From: a virus
Taxonomy: Duplodnaviria > Caudoviricetes
Strand: one strand, 5' to 3'
Length of the DNA stretch: 60,223 nt
IMG/VR virus record: IMGVR_UViG_3300032221_000516
Location: 1-60,223 of that record
A program made the position numbers and the translations under genes. How positions within the stretch are numbered: the first letter of the stretch is position 1; the number at the start of each line of letters is the position of its first letter. Shown piece by piece: positions 19,353 to 27,715 of the stretch. The notes under the pieces were generated by a model, which did no database searches, had not been told where the DNA came from, and was given only the letters and a program-made list of their open reading frames with translations.

Positions 19353-19553
19353 ATGCCAACTGGAATATTAACAGCATTACTTTCAGCAGTATCTGGAATA
19401 TTCGCAGCAATCAATAATGTATTCGGCGCTAAGAATACAAAAGAAATGAAAGAGCGTCAAGAAGCTCAAAAAGAAGTTAACCATCAAAGTGAAATAGAAA
19501 AAGCAGTAAAGGAAAAAGACCTTGAACAAGCTCGCAAGCATATTAGTTCTTAA
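19353..19553 (+). CDS. putative inner-membrane spanin (Rz-like)
   Basis: N-terminal TM plus short coiled coil; overlaps a downstream lipoprotein gene. Confidence 0.55.
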   Translation: MPTGILTALLSAVSGIFAAINNVFGAKNTKEMKERQEAQKEVNHQSEIEKAVKEKDLEQARKHISS

Positions 19554-19938
19554 TTTTTTTCTTGTTGGATGCGCTACTGTGACACCAAATAAAATACAAG
19601 ATGACAAATCATCTTATGATGCAACTACTCCAAAGCAATATGATAAAGATAATGGTGGATTAATTTGTTTTGTTGGTGATGATGCGCTTATTACTCGTCA
19701 GGCGCGCGAACGATATAATAATCTAATTAAAATGTACAGAATCAAATTTAAAAAAGAAAAAGCAATTGATCTAATCGAAGATGCTGGAATAACTCCTTAC
19801 AAAGATAATTTTGGCAATGAATTATTTCTTATTAGTAGCGAACATCTTGTTTATTTTGGTGTTATGAACTCTTGGTTAAAAGAAAAAGTTCCCCAAGATA
19901 ATATTTTAGATAAGACAATAGATAAAATAAATAATTAA
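19522..19938 (+). CDS. lipoprotein, putative outer-membrane spanin (Rz1-like)
   Basis: Lipobox LVGC; TTG start overlapping the previous gene. Confidence 0.55.
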   Translation: MNKLASILVLNFFLVGCATVTPNKIQDDKSSYDATTPKQYDKDNGGLICFVGDDALITRQARERYNNLIKMYRIKFKKEKAIDLIEDAGITPYKDNFGNELFLISSEHLVYFGVMNSWLKEKVPQDNILDKTIDKINN

Positions 19939-19943
19939 ATAAA

Positions 19944-20312
19944 ATGGGCCGTTTACAAGCGAATTACAATTCAAGTAAAAATAATAGAATTTCTATTAAA
20001 AAACAAAATCTTGGTGGTGGAAAATTAAATCTTCGCCCAAGAGTATATGCATATAAAGCCACTGGCACAGGATTATCTCCAAATATAAATAATTTAAGAT
20101 TTTATGATACTGGTTTGACTTATAATGGTCAAATTAGATATCAAGATGAAACAAATACATATTGGATGATATTTTTTTCTATGGCTTGGATAATAGCACC
20201 AATTGATACGATTGGTAGTTCTGGTTTATTTATAAAATTTGGTGGAACTCCTGTAGGATCATATTCTGGTAGTACTGGTTATTCTGGAACTGTTACAATA
20301 TCTGCAATTTAA
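19944..20312 (+). CDS. hypothetical beta-rich protein
   Basis: 122 aa; shares an NG..Y...W domain and a GGGK-type N-terminus with 21096. Confidence 0.6.
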   Translation: MGRLQANYNSSKNNRISIKKQNLGGGKLNLRPRVYAYKATGTGLSPNINNLRFYDTGLTYNGQIRYQDETNTYWMIFFSMAWIIAPIDTIGSSGLFIKFGGTPVGSYSGSTGYSGTVTISAI

Positions 20313-20314
20313 TT

Positions 20315-20941
20315 ATGTTGAATAAAAAATCCTTAGATCTTATTCTCGAATTTGAAGTTGGCGGTGGCGAAAACTATTATAATAAATTTTTAAAAAATCC
20401 AGCATGGCCAGGAGAGCAAAGCGGAGTTACAATTGGTGTTGGTTATGATCTTGGATATGTTAACAAAGCAGAATTCACAAATGATTGGAAAGAATTACCC
20501 CAAAAAGATTTTGATAGATTATATAAAGTAGTTGGAATAAAAGGCATAACCGCAAAAGATCTTATAAGAGGATTAAAAGATATATCTATTCCTTGGGATC
20601 TTGCCCTTAAGGTATTTAACAATAAAACAGTAACAAAATTCTATAATCTAACAAAACAAACTTTTCCTAATTTTGATAATCTTCCAGAAAATGCAAAAGG
20701 TGGATTAGTTAGTCTTGTATTTAATAGAGGAGCAGCTTTAGAAGGTGATCGTCGCCGCGAAATGAAATTAATTAGAGATGGTATGAAATTAGTATCTACT
20801 TTTGATCAAAAAGCATTAACCTTTATAGCTAATCAAATAAGAAATATGAAAAGAATCTGGATTGGTGGAAGCATAGAAAAAGGCATGAGTCGCAGACGAG
20901 ACGCAGAAGCTAAATTAATAGAAGAATCGTTAAAAGTGTAA
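20315..20941 (+). CDS. endolysin (lysozyme-fold, pesticin-C/GH24-like)
   Basis: ILEFEVGG, WPGEQSGVTIGVGYDLG, LVSLVFNRG and RRRDAEA motifs. Confidence 0.85.
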   Translation: MLNKKSLDLILEFEVGGGENYYNKFLKNPAWPGEQSGVTIGVGYDLGYVNKAEFTNDWKELPQKDFDRLYKVVGIKGITAKDLIRGLKDISIPWDLALKVFNNKTVTKFYNLTKQTFPNFDNLPENAKGGLVSLVFNRGAALEGDRRREMKLIRDGMKLVSTFDQKALTFIANQIRNMKRIWIGGSIEKGMSRRRDAEAKLIEESLKV

Positions 20942-20949
20942 TAGTCTTT

Positions 20950-21099
20950 GTGAAGAAATATCTTTTACTTTTGCCACTATTTTTATTAGTTTCTTGTTCT
21001 GAGCAGAATTTTGATAGTAGAGAATTGCCTACAAAATATCCAGAAATTCCAACCATGGGTTCTGCAGATGATGTGTCTAAAGAATTATACAAAAAATGA
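20950..21099 (+). CDS. 49-aa lipoprotein missing from the ORF track (MKKYLLLLPLFLLVSCSEQNFDSRELPTKYPEIPTMGSADDVSKELYKK)
   Basis: GTG start 8 nt after GTGTAA; lipobox LVSC; the stop overlaps the next start as ATGA. Confidence 0.75.
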   Translation: MKKYLLLLPLFLLVSCSEQNFDSRELPTKYPEIPTMGSADDVSKELYKK

Positions 21100-22916
21100 A
21101 TATTAAAATAGGCAAAGGCGGAAGCGGAAAAATTAATTCCACAAAAGGTGGAAGTGGAAAATTAACTGAAAAAAAATATATAGATCTTTTGCCACCAAAT
21201 TTTATTAGTAAAATAATTTTTTCTGGTGGAACTTATAGTAATGGAGTATATACAAGAAACTCTGGAGGAACAACAACTTTTAATGGGCCAAATGGTTGGT
21301 ATATACAAGTATACAATGAAAATGAATTTGCAAGTTTTATGCCAAATATTTTCGGTACAACTCCTGTTTATTATTCTTCTGATTCTGGAAAAACTTGGGT
21401 AAATGAAGGAAATTTGGATGACGAGGTTGTAAATCCTCCACCAACAAGCGCAAGAGAAAATGCTCTTACTTTTCTTTTTGATCCAATTTTTTATAAAAAA
21501 GAAATTCAAAACGAGAGATATAAAATTTTAGTATCAGGATGCGACCTATCTTATGTAAATGGAATATATAGTCAACAGTTAGGTTTAGCTAATGGCAAAG
21601 GAGTATATATAAAAGATGATGATTACTCTATGATAATTTTTTGGGAAGACGGAGCTTGGTATCTTAAAGATGAAGATGTAAGAAATGGTTATTATAATCT
21701 TTTTATAAAAAATCACGCAGGAATAAATTCTCTCGGTAGACCAAATAACTTAGATTGGTCAATTTGTGATGGTGGAGATGCATACAATAATGGTGAAAGA
21801 CTATCAAGTATGACAGAATATTTAGATTTACAGTCCCGCGGAGGAGGAAGGTTAGACCCAGCATTTCTTGAACAAGTTAGAAGTTATCAGATAGATAATG
21901 CTGTTCCAAATCAAAATGCAAATTATAATATAAATCCATCCTCTCCTCAAAACATTATTGGCGCAGCTTTTAATACAAGAAAAGCAGAAATAAAAAATAA
22001 CACATTTTCTTATATAAAATATTCAGATAATAGCGATGTAGAAGAAAAAAAATTAAATTATTGGTACGGAAGCATAGACAAAAATCAAGGTTTATATAAT
22101 ATAGATACCCCAAAAGATAGCAGATACCCTCTTTTAAAAGTAAAAAGAAATGATGCTCTACCAATATTTGAAATTGGCCCTGAAAAAAAATCAACATTAA
22201 ATATGTTTATAAGATTGCAGCGGCCAGTTTCTCATAAAAATCCAAATACTGGTTATATCGTAAGAGAAAAAAGAGGGATATTTTGTACAAGCTTTGATAC
22301 AACGTATGGATCTCCATTTTCCATAGGATATAAATCTCCTTATTATAATATAACTGGTAGACCAAGTTATAAGAGTGTTTTTAATAATTTTAGTTTTGTT
22401 TTCAGTTTTGGACATGTTACTTATGACAACGAATTTAATAGACCAATTTCTAGAAATCTAATGACAGATTATAAATTTAATTTTGGTCAAATGTATATGT
22501 TAACAATTATATCAAATAATAATTTATTATCAATTTATATAGATGGAGAACTTCAAACAGTTGCAATAGTACCATTTAATCCATTAGTTAATCCTACCCC
22601 CACCATTGGTAAAATTAAAAATCAATATGCAGGTAGAAAAGACTATATGCCAGTTGGTCCAGGATTTTATAAAAAAAATGGAACAATTTATGGACCTACA
22701 GATGCAGAATGTCCTGCTGGAACTAATATGCAGTCGATTAATCTTTTACTATTTGGTAAATCTGCCCTTTCTCATGGAAATAGAGGTACTGGTGCTAAGA
22801 AAAGAAGAAGATATCTTAATAATTTAGATATTGGTGTAATTACTTCATATAACATTGCTCTTTCTCAAAGTGACATCTCTCAACTATATAACAATTTTAG
22901 ATATAGATATATCTAA
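21096..22916 (+). CDS. multi-domain protein with C-terminal LamG/concanavalin-like domain
   Basis: LSIYIDGE and YNIALSQSDISQLYN are LamG-like; the N-terminal part has NGxY domains. Confidence 0.6.
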   Translation: MNIKIGKGGSGKINSTKGGSGKLTEKKYIDLLPPNFISKIIFSGGTYSNGVYTRNSGGTTTFNGPNGWYIQVYNENEFASFMPNIFGTTPVYYSSDSGKTWVNEGNLDDEVVNPPPTSARENALTFLFDPIFYKKEIQNERYKILVSGCDLSYVNGIYSQQLGLANGKGVYIKDDDYSMIIFWEDGAWYLKDEDVRNGYYNLFIKNHAGINSLGRPNNLDWSICDGGDAYNNGERLSSMTEYLDLQSRGGGRLDPAFLEQVRSYQIDNAVPNQNANYNINPSSPQNIIGAAFNTRKAEIKNNTFSYIKYSDNSDVEEKKLNYWYGSIDKNQGLYNIDTPKDSRYPLLKVKRNDALPIFEIGPEKKSTLNMFIRLQRPVSHKNPNTGYIVREKRGIFCTSFDTTYGSPFSIGYKSPYYNITGRPSYKSVFNNFSFVFSFGHVTYDNEFNRPISRNLMTDYKFNFGQMYMLTIISNNNLLSIYIDGELQTVAIVPFNPLVNPTPTIGKIKNQYAGRKDYMPVGPGFYKKNGTIYGPTDAECPAGTNMQSINLLLFGKSALSHGNRGTGAKKRRRYLNNLDIGVITSYNIALSQSDISQLYNNFRYRYI

Positions 22917-22922
22917 TCAAAA

Positions 22923-23002
22923 CTTGGTCCGTTTCGATGGAAAGTCAGATGACACCAAGCGTGGTAAATAATTAGCATAATGTTCTATCCGTTATGCTAA
23001 TT
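22923..23002 (+). ncRNA. putative structured RNA: three-way junction plus 11-bp hairpin
   Basis: CTTGGT/ACCAAG encloses CCGT-TTCG-ATGG and GTC-AGAT-GAC; then AATTAGCATAA/TTATGCTAATT. Confidence 0.45.
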
Positions 23003-23063
23003 TATATAAAATAATTAAAATTAATTAAAAATATCTCCTCTGTACGTGTATAATATATATAGG

Positions 23064-23654
23064 ATGAATTATAATTCTGAACAATATGGCTTTGAATCAA
23101 ACGCCAAAAGAAAAGGCCCAAAGTCTGCTGCTCAAACTCCAGCAAAACCATCTGAAAGACGCAAAGGTTCATCTAAAAATAAACCTGGCAGTGCAGGAAC
23201 AAAGAGCGATAAAGCAATTGAATTTTCTAAAAAAGTAATTGAAGCTCTTAAAAATAAAGTTAAAGAACACAATAGTAAAAATAAAAAGAAAGTAACTCTT
23301 GGTCAATTAAAAAAAGTATATCGTCGTGGCGCAGGTGCATTTTCTTCTTCTCACAGGCCAGGAATGACTCGTGGTGGCTGGGCCATGGCACGCGTAAATA
23401 TGTTTTTAAAAATGGTACGCGGTGGCAAAGTAAAAGATTCTTATAGAAAAGCTGATAGTGATATTGCAAGAGCTTCAGTTTCTGACTATGAAGTAGAAGC
23501 TAATTTTGAACCAGACGATGAAGATTTTGCTCAAGCAGAAGAAGATTTAAAAAATTATGATTTAAATGATTTTGAATTTAATGATATTAATGAATTATAT
23601 CTCGATGATGAAGAAGATGGTGTAATCTATGGATTCGACATAGATAAAATATAA
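23064..23654 (+). CDS. basic protein with acidic tail, probable internal head protein (start corrected to 23064)
   Basis: LKKVYRRGAGAFSSSHRPG...WAMARVNMF motif (DUF5824-like from memory); GTGTAT variant upstream. Confidence 0.6.
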   Translation: MNYNSEQYGFESNAKRKGPKSAAQTPAKPSERRKGSSKNKPGSAGTKSDKAIEFSKKVIEALKNKVKEHNSKNKKKVTLGQLKKVYRRGAGAFSSSHRPGMTRGGWAMARVNMFLKMVRGGKVKDSYRKADSDIARASVSDYEVEANFEPDDEDFAQAEEDLKNYDLNDFEFNDINELYLDDEEDGVIYGFDIDKI

Positions 23655-23656
23655 TT

Positions 23657-25189
23657 ATGAAAAAACAAACAAAATTTTTAAGTACATTTGCTAATATTAA
23701 AATTAGACCAGTTGTTAGTGAAGAGAAAGATAAGTACCTTTCAGTTGCTTCACTTGAAAAATTAAAGAAATTCTTGCCTGATATTAACACAGAAGATAAT
23801 ATTGATCTTCTTCCTGTTGCTTTTGATGCTTGTGTTGTAAATAGAGTTAATAAAAATGGCGATGTTATTGATGGCGAAACTGCTGCTAAGATTTCTAAAA
23901 ATTTCGTTAACAAGCCAATTAATGTAGAACACAATAGAAATCAAGTAATTGGATGCATATTATCTGCTAGCTTTAGTAAATTTGGCAGCAATGAAAGTCT
24001 TGCTGAATTAGATGTTAAAGAAATGAAAACTCCATTTAATATCACACTTGGTGGCGTTATTTGGAAAGTTGTTAATAAAGAATTAGCAGACCAAATTGAA
24101 GAAAGTAATGATCCTACTAGCAATAATTATATGAGTATAAGTGCTAGTTGGGAACTTGGATTTAATGAATATAACATAGTAGTTCTTGATGAAAATGAGA
24201 AAAACATAGAAAATGGCAAGTTTATAACTGATGAAAAAGAGATCGAAAAGATGGAAAGCTCATTAAGAAGCTTTGGTGGAAGTGGCAAAATTTCAAGTAA
24301 TAAGTACGTTTATAGACAAGTCTTGGGTAAAGTTGTCCCATTAGGTGTGGGATTAACATTAAATCCTGCAGCTGATGTGCAAGGAGTAGCAGTTAAAACA
24401 GAAGAAAAAGCTCTAGATATTCAAGAGAATAAATCTTCTATTGAGATGCTTAATGAAAATAATATTTCCCAAGAAGCGGATTTAAATGTAAAATTAGAGA
24501 GGATATATATGAAAATAACAAAAATTGAAGAAATTACAGATTCTTTGCTTAGTCAAGTAACAGCTAGTTCTGTTGTTGATTTTATTGCAGAGGAAATTAA
24601 AAAAGTTAGCGATCAATTCGTAACAGAAAAAGCTGAAAAAGATAATGCTGTTAAAGCTGCAACTGAAAAATACGAAGCTGCATTTGCTGAACAAGAAGTT
24701 CTTAAAAAGCAACTAGCCGAAGTTAACGAAAAACTATCTGCTATTCAAGCTGAACAAGAAGCTAAAGCCAAACAAGAAGCATTCACCCTCAGAATGGCTG
24801 CTCTTGATGAAGAGTTTGAATTGAGCGATGAAGATCGCCAAGTTCTAGCTGCAGATATTAAAGATTTAAACGAAGAAGCCTTTTCTGCTTACAAAACCAA
24901 AATGTCTGTTCTAATGAAAGAGAAGAACAAAGCTGCTAAAAAAGCTGCTCAAGACAAAATGGATAAAGAAAAAGAGCAAGAAATGAAAGCTTCAACAATT
25001 TCCGAAGAAGTCAAAGCTTCCGAAGAAGTAGCACAAGTTCCTACAACCCAAGAGGTTGTAGAACAAGCTGTTGACAATGGAACCAAAGCTTCCGTTGAAA
25101 TACCAAATTCAGCCCCTGCTAGCGAGCCAACCGTACAAGAAAAGTACGCAAAAGCTTTTAGCTTGGATGGATTTGAATTCAGAAAATAA
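23657..25189 (+). CDS. prohead protease fused to scaffold
   Basis: NKNGD, INVEHNR..IG and SASWELGF protease motifs; long charged coiled-coil C-terminus; upstream of the capsid genes. Confidence 0.8.
   Translation: MKKQTKFLSTFANIKIRPVVSEEKDKYLSVASLEKLKKFLPDINTEDNIDLLPVAFDACVVNRVNKNGDVIDGETAAKISKNFVNKPINVEHNRNQVIGCILSASFSKFGSNESLAELDVKEMKTPFNITLGGVIWKVVNKELADQIEESNDPTSNNYMSISASWELGFNEYNIVVLDENEKNIENGKFITDEKEIEKMESSLRSFGGSGKISSNKYVYRQVLGKVVPLGVGLTLNPAADVQGVAVKTEEKALDIQENKSSIEMLNENNISQEADLNVKLERIYMKITKIEEITDSLLSQVTASSVVDFIAEEIKKVSDQFVTEKAEKDNAVKAATEKYEAAFAEQEVLKKQLAEVNEKLSAIQAEQEAKAKQEAFTLRMAALDEEFELSDEDRQVLAADIKDLNEEAFSAYKTKMSVLMKEKNKAAKKAAQDKMDKEKEQEMKASTISEEVKASEEVAQVPTTQEVVEQAVDNGTKASVEIPNSAPASEPTVQEKYAKAFSLDGFEFRK
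24509..25189 (+). CDS. putative nested in-frame scaffolding protein (MKITKIEEITD...)
   Basis: SD GAGAGGA 24497-24503 before in-frame ATG 24509; own promoter-like element at 24466-24491. Confidence 0.55.
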   Translation: MKITKIEEITDSLLSQVTASSVVDFIAEEIKKVSDQFVTEKAEKDNAVKAATEKYEAAFAEQEVLKKQLAEVNEKLSAIQAEQEAKAKQEAFTLRMAALDEEFELSDEDRQVLAADIKDLNEEAFSAYKTKMSVLMKEKNKAAKKAAQDKMDKEKEQEMKASTISEEVKASEEVAQVPTTQEVVEQAVDNGTKASVEIPNSAPASEPTVQEKYAKAFSLDGFEFRK

Positions 25190-25206
25190 AATAAGGAGAA
25201 AAATAT

Positions 25207-25755
25207 ATGGCACGTAATTTAAGACCATTACAACAATATAGCGAGCATGATGTTATTAATTTCTTCGCTTATAGCGGAGATAGTACTCTTGTTCGTAAAG
25301 GCACTGCGGTTAAAGTCCAAGGTGCTGGCTTCCAAGCCGATTCAACTAATCCAGTAGAAATGCTAGGTGGACCTGGCGCTTCTTACACAAATGTAGTATC
25401 ACAACGTTATGGCGCAGTACCAAAAGTAGCTGCTGCTGTTTCTGGTGATAAAGTCATTGGATTAACACTACTCGATATTCGTGAAACTGACGAAAATGGC
25501 GAGAAACTAGTTTACAATCCTCGCAAAGCTGCTGAGATGAACGTAGTTATCAGTGGCCAAGCAGTTCCAGTTCTAACTCGTGGCGTAGTTCTTTATAGTG
25601 GACTAGCTGCTGGTTCAGCTGGTGATGCAGTTTACCTACATTCTGGTACCGCAGGTGATTTGACAACTACAAATCATGGTGGAAACACAAGAGTAGGAAA
25701 GCTTCTTGGTGATCGTGACGCTAATGGCGTTGCTCTTCTCAAGATCGAACTCTAA
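25207..25755 (+). CDS. capsid decoration/cement protein
   Basis: Lies between scaffold and MCP; strong SD AAGGAG; Gly/Ala/Val-rich beta-type sequence. Confidence 0.7.
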   Translation: MARNLRPLQQYSEHDVINFFAYSGDSTLVRKGTAVKVQGAGFQADSTNPVEMLGGPGASYTNVVSQRYGAVPKVAAAVSGDKVIGLTLLDIRETDENGEKLVYNPRKAAEMNVVISGQAVPVLTRGVVLYSGLAAGSAGDAVYLHSGTAGDLTTTNHGGNTRVGKLLGDRDANGVALLKIEL

Positions 25756-25778
25756 TTTCAATAAAGGAGAAATTTAAC

Positions 25779-26861
25779 ATGAAATTAAAATTAAAAAATA
25801 CACCAGAGCAAGTTGAGCTAATCAAAGCTATGGGTAGCAGAGATGCTAACGTAGCCAGAGAAGCCACTCAAGCATTTGCAGCATTTATCGGCCCAGTCGT
25901 TAGCAAAGTTCTAATGCAAGCTGGTACAGCTAGTGCAGTTTACAGTGATCTAGCTTATGATGAAGATGATAATCCCTCTATTCCTCTCGACCTATGGGTT
26001 GGTGAAGGTGAAGGATATACAACTGTATGGAGCCAAAACGTAGCAGGTGGTCTTCCAACTTCTAACGTTGAAGGTTTCAGTGAATTGAAAGTTGCAACCT
26101 ATCGTTTAGATAGCGCAGTTTCAATGCTAAAAAGATATGTTCGCCGTGGCCGTCTTGATGTTGTTAGCAAAGCCGTAGAGCGCATGACCAACGAAGTTCT
26201 TGTCAAACAAGAGCGTAACGCTTGGGCAGTAGTTCTAAGAGCTCTCGCTGAAGCTCAAAGCAATGGTGCTGATCATATCGAAAGAATCACTGGTGGTGCA
26301 TTAACCCTCGGTGGTTTGAATAGCTTAATCACCCTCGTAAAGAGAATCAATACCTCTTATGCTGGTGGTACAACTGATAGTTCTTATGGTCTAACCGATC
26401 TATTCGTAAGTCCAGAGATCAAAGGTGATATCCGTGCATTTGCTTACAATGCTGTAACAAATGGTAATACCGATCTTCCAGCTGGCGTTCGTGAAGAAAT
26501 TTATCGTAACGCTGGTGCTCAAGAGATCTATGGTATCGCTATCCATGAATTGGTTGAATTCGGAGTTGGCAAAAAGTACAACACCCTATTCAATAGCTTC
26601 TATGGTGGCACAAACGGTGGATCTCCAGATTTTGACGCTGGTAATTCTGGCGATGAAATCCTCGTTGGTCTTGATCTATCTAAAGACGCATTTGTTCGTC
26701 CAGTAGCTCGCAATAGCGAAACTGGTGGAACATTCACTGCTCTTCCAGACGATCAATTCGTAACTCGCGCTGACAAAGTTGGATTCTACGGATCCCTCGA
26801 AGAGGGTCGCGTATGTCTCGACGGTCGTGCAGTTGCAGGACTAATCGTAGCCGCTAGCTAA
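25779..26861 (+). CDS. major capsid protein (HK97 fold)
   Basis: 360 aa; strong SD; highly-expressed codon bias; LFVSPE and C-terminal GFYGSLEEG; followed by a terminator. Confidence 0.85.
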   Translation: MKLKLKNTPEQVELIKAMGSRDANVAREATQAFAAFIGPVVSKVLMQAGTASAVYSDLAYDEDDNPSIPLDLWVGEGEGYTTVWSQNVAGGLPTSNVEGFSELKVATYRLDSAVSMLKRYVRRGRLDVVSKAVERMTNEVLVKQERNAWAVVLRALAEAQSNGADHIERITGGALTLGGLNSLITLVKRINTSYAGGTTDSSYGLTDLFVSPEIKGDIRAFAYNAVTNGNTDLPAGVREEIYRNAGAQEIYGIAIHELVEFGVGKKYNTLFNSFYGGTNGGSPDFDAGNSGDEILVGLDLSKDAFVRPVARNSETGGTFTALPDDQFVTRADKVGFYGSLEEGRVCLDGRAVAGLIVAAS

Positions 26862-26882
26862 TATTTAAATATTAGAAAATTG

Positions 26883-26921
26883 AAAAGCCCAAGGGTTCAT
26901 CCCCTTGGGTTTTTCTTTTTT
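26883..26921 (+). terminator. rho-independent terminator after MCP
   Basis: GCCCAAGGG-ttcatc-CCCTTGGGT stem followed by a T-rich tract. Confidence 0.9.
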
Positions 26922-26923
26922 AT

Positions 26924-26952
26924 TAGACATCTCATATTTATTACTATATAAT
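26924..26952 (+). promoter_or_regulatory. sigma70-like promoter TAGACA-17-TATAAT
   Basis: Immediately after the terminator, before the SD and ATG 26970. Confidence 0.7.
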
Positions 26953-26969
26953 AATACAAGGAGAATATT

Positions 26970-27323
26970 ATGCCACGTAAATCAAATAAACAAGCTAAAG
27001 GTCAATTAGATAACTTAAATCAAACTCACGGAAAAATAGAGAAACCACTTACTTTAAATCAAGTATGGGGAGATGATGGTAAGAGTAAATATGGCACTCT
27101 TGATGCTGAAAAATATTCTGATTATTTAAATGATTTAAATAAAAGTGATCTTCAAGCTCATGCAGTAAAGATTGGATTAGTTCCAATTGATGATAGAAAT
27201 TCTCTTGTAACAAGATTAAAGAAAGAATTCAATAAGCACGTTTCTCAATATTCTGCAAGAGTACTTCCAACAAAAAAAGATATTTCTAAAGCTGCAAAAG
27301 ATATTCTTTCAGAAGGTCGCTAA
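26970..27323 (+). CDS. hypothetical protein (SAP/Rho-N-like helical motif possible)
   Basis: SD AGGAG; LNKSDLQAHAVKIGL. Confidence 0.7.
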   Translation: MPRKSNKQAKGQLDNLNQTHGKIEKPLTLNQVWGDDGKSKYGTLDAEKYSDYLNDLNKSDLQAHAVKIGLVPIDDRNSLVTRLKKEFNKHVSQYSARVLPTKKDISKAAKDILSEGR

Positions 27324-27363
27324 TTTTATTTCGATAAAATAATTGTTCCGTGTAATATTTTAC

Positions 27364-27711
27364 ATGGCAACATTTTATAATATCACTGGTTATCAAGGCG
27401 ACTATTTACAATTAACACTAAATTTAAAAGACAGTAACGGAGCAGCAATTAATCTTAGCGGTTATGGTGTGCGTGGTCAAGTTCGCGCAAGTTATGGCTC
27501 TACAGGAGTTTTATTAGATTTAAATCCAACTATATCTGGAAATGGTCTAAGTGGTATAGTTTCAATTAATGTTAATTCGTATATTTCAGCAGATCTTCCA
27601 GTTAGTGATCATATCTATGATATTGAAAGATATCCATCTGGAGTATTAACTGGAAATAGTATTAAATTGATGCGAGGAAAGTTTTCAATTTTACCAGAAG
27701 TAACGAGATAA
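27364..27711 (+). CDS. small virion protein, BppU-N-like fibre adaptor (start corrected to 27364)
   Basis: QGD..., INLSGY..RGQVR and YDIE motifs; GTGTAA 8 nt before the ATG. Confidence 0.6.
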   Translation: MATFYNITGYQGDYLQLTLNLKDSNGAAINLSGYGVRGQVRASYGSTGVLLDLNPTISGNGLSGIVSINVNSYISADLPVSDHIYDIERYPSGVLTGNSIKLMRGKFSILPEVTR

Positions 27712-27715
27712 AATT

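Noticed and set aside
22946-22970. Hammerhead-like CAGATGA...stem...AAA in the structured intergenic element
   Set aside because: The core deviates from CUGANGA and lacks the GAAA after stem II; not called a ribozyme.
27323-27340. ATTTTAT-TTCG-ATAAAAT hairpin after 26970
   Set aside because: All-AU stem without a clear U-tract; too weak to call as a terminator.
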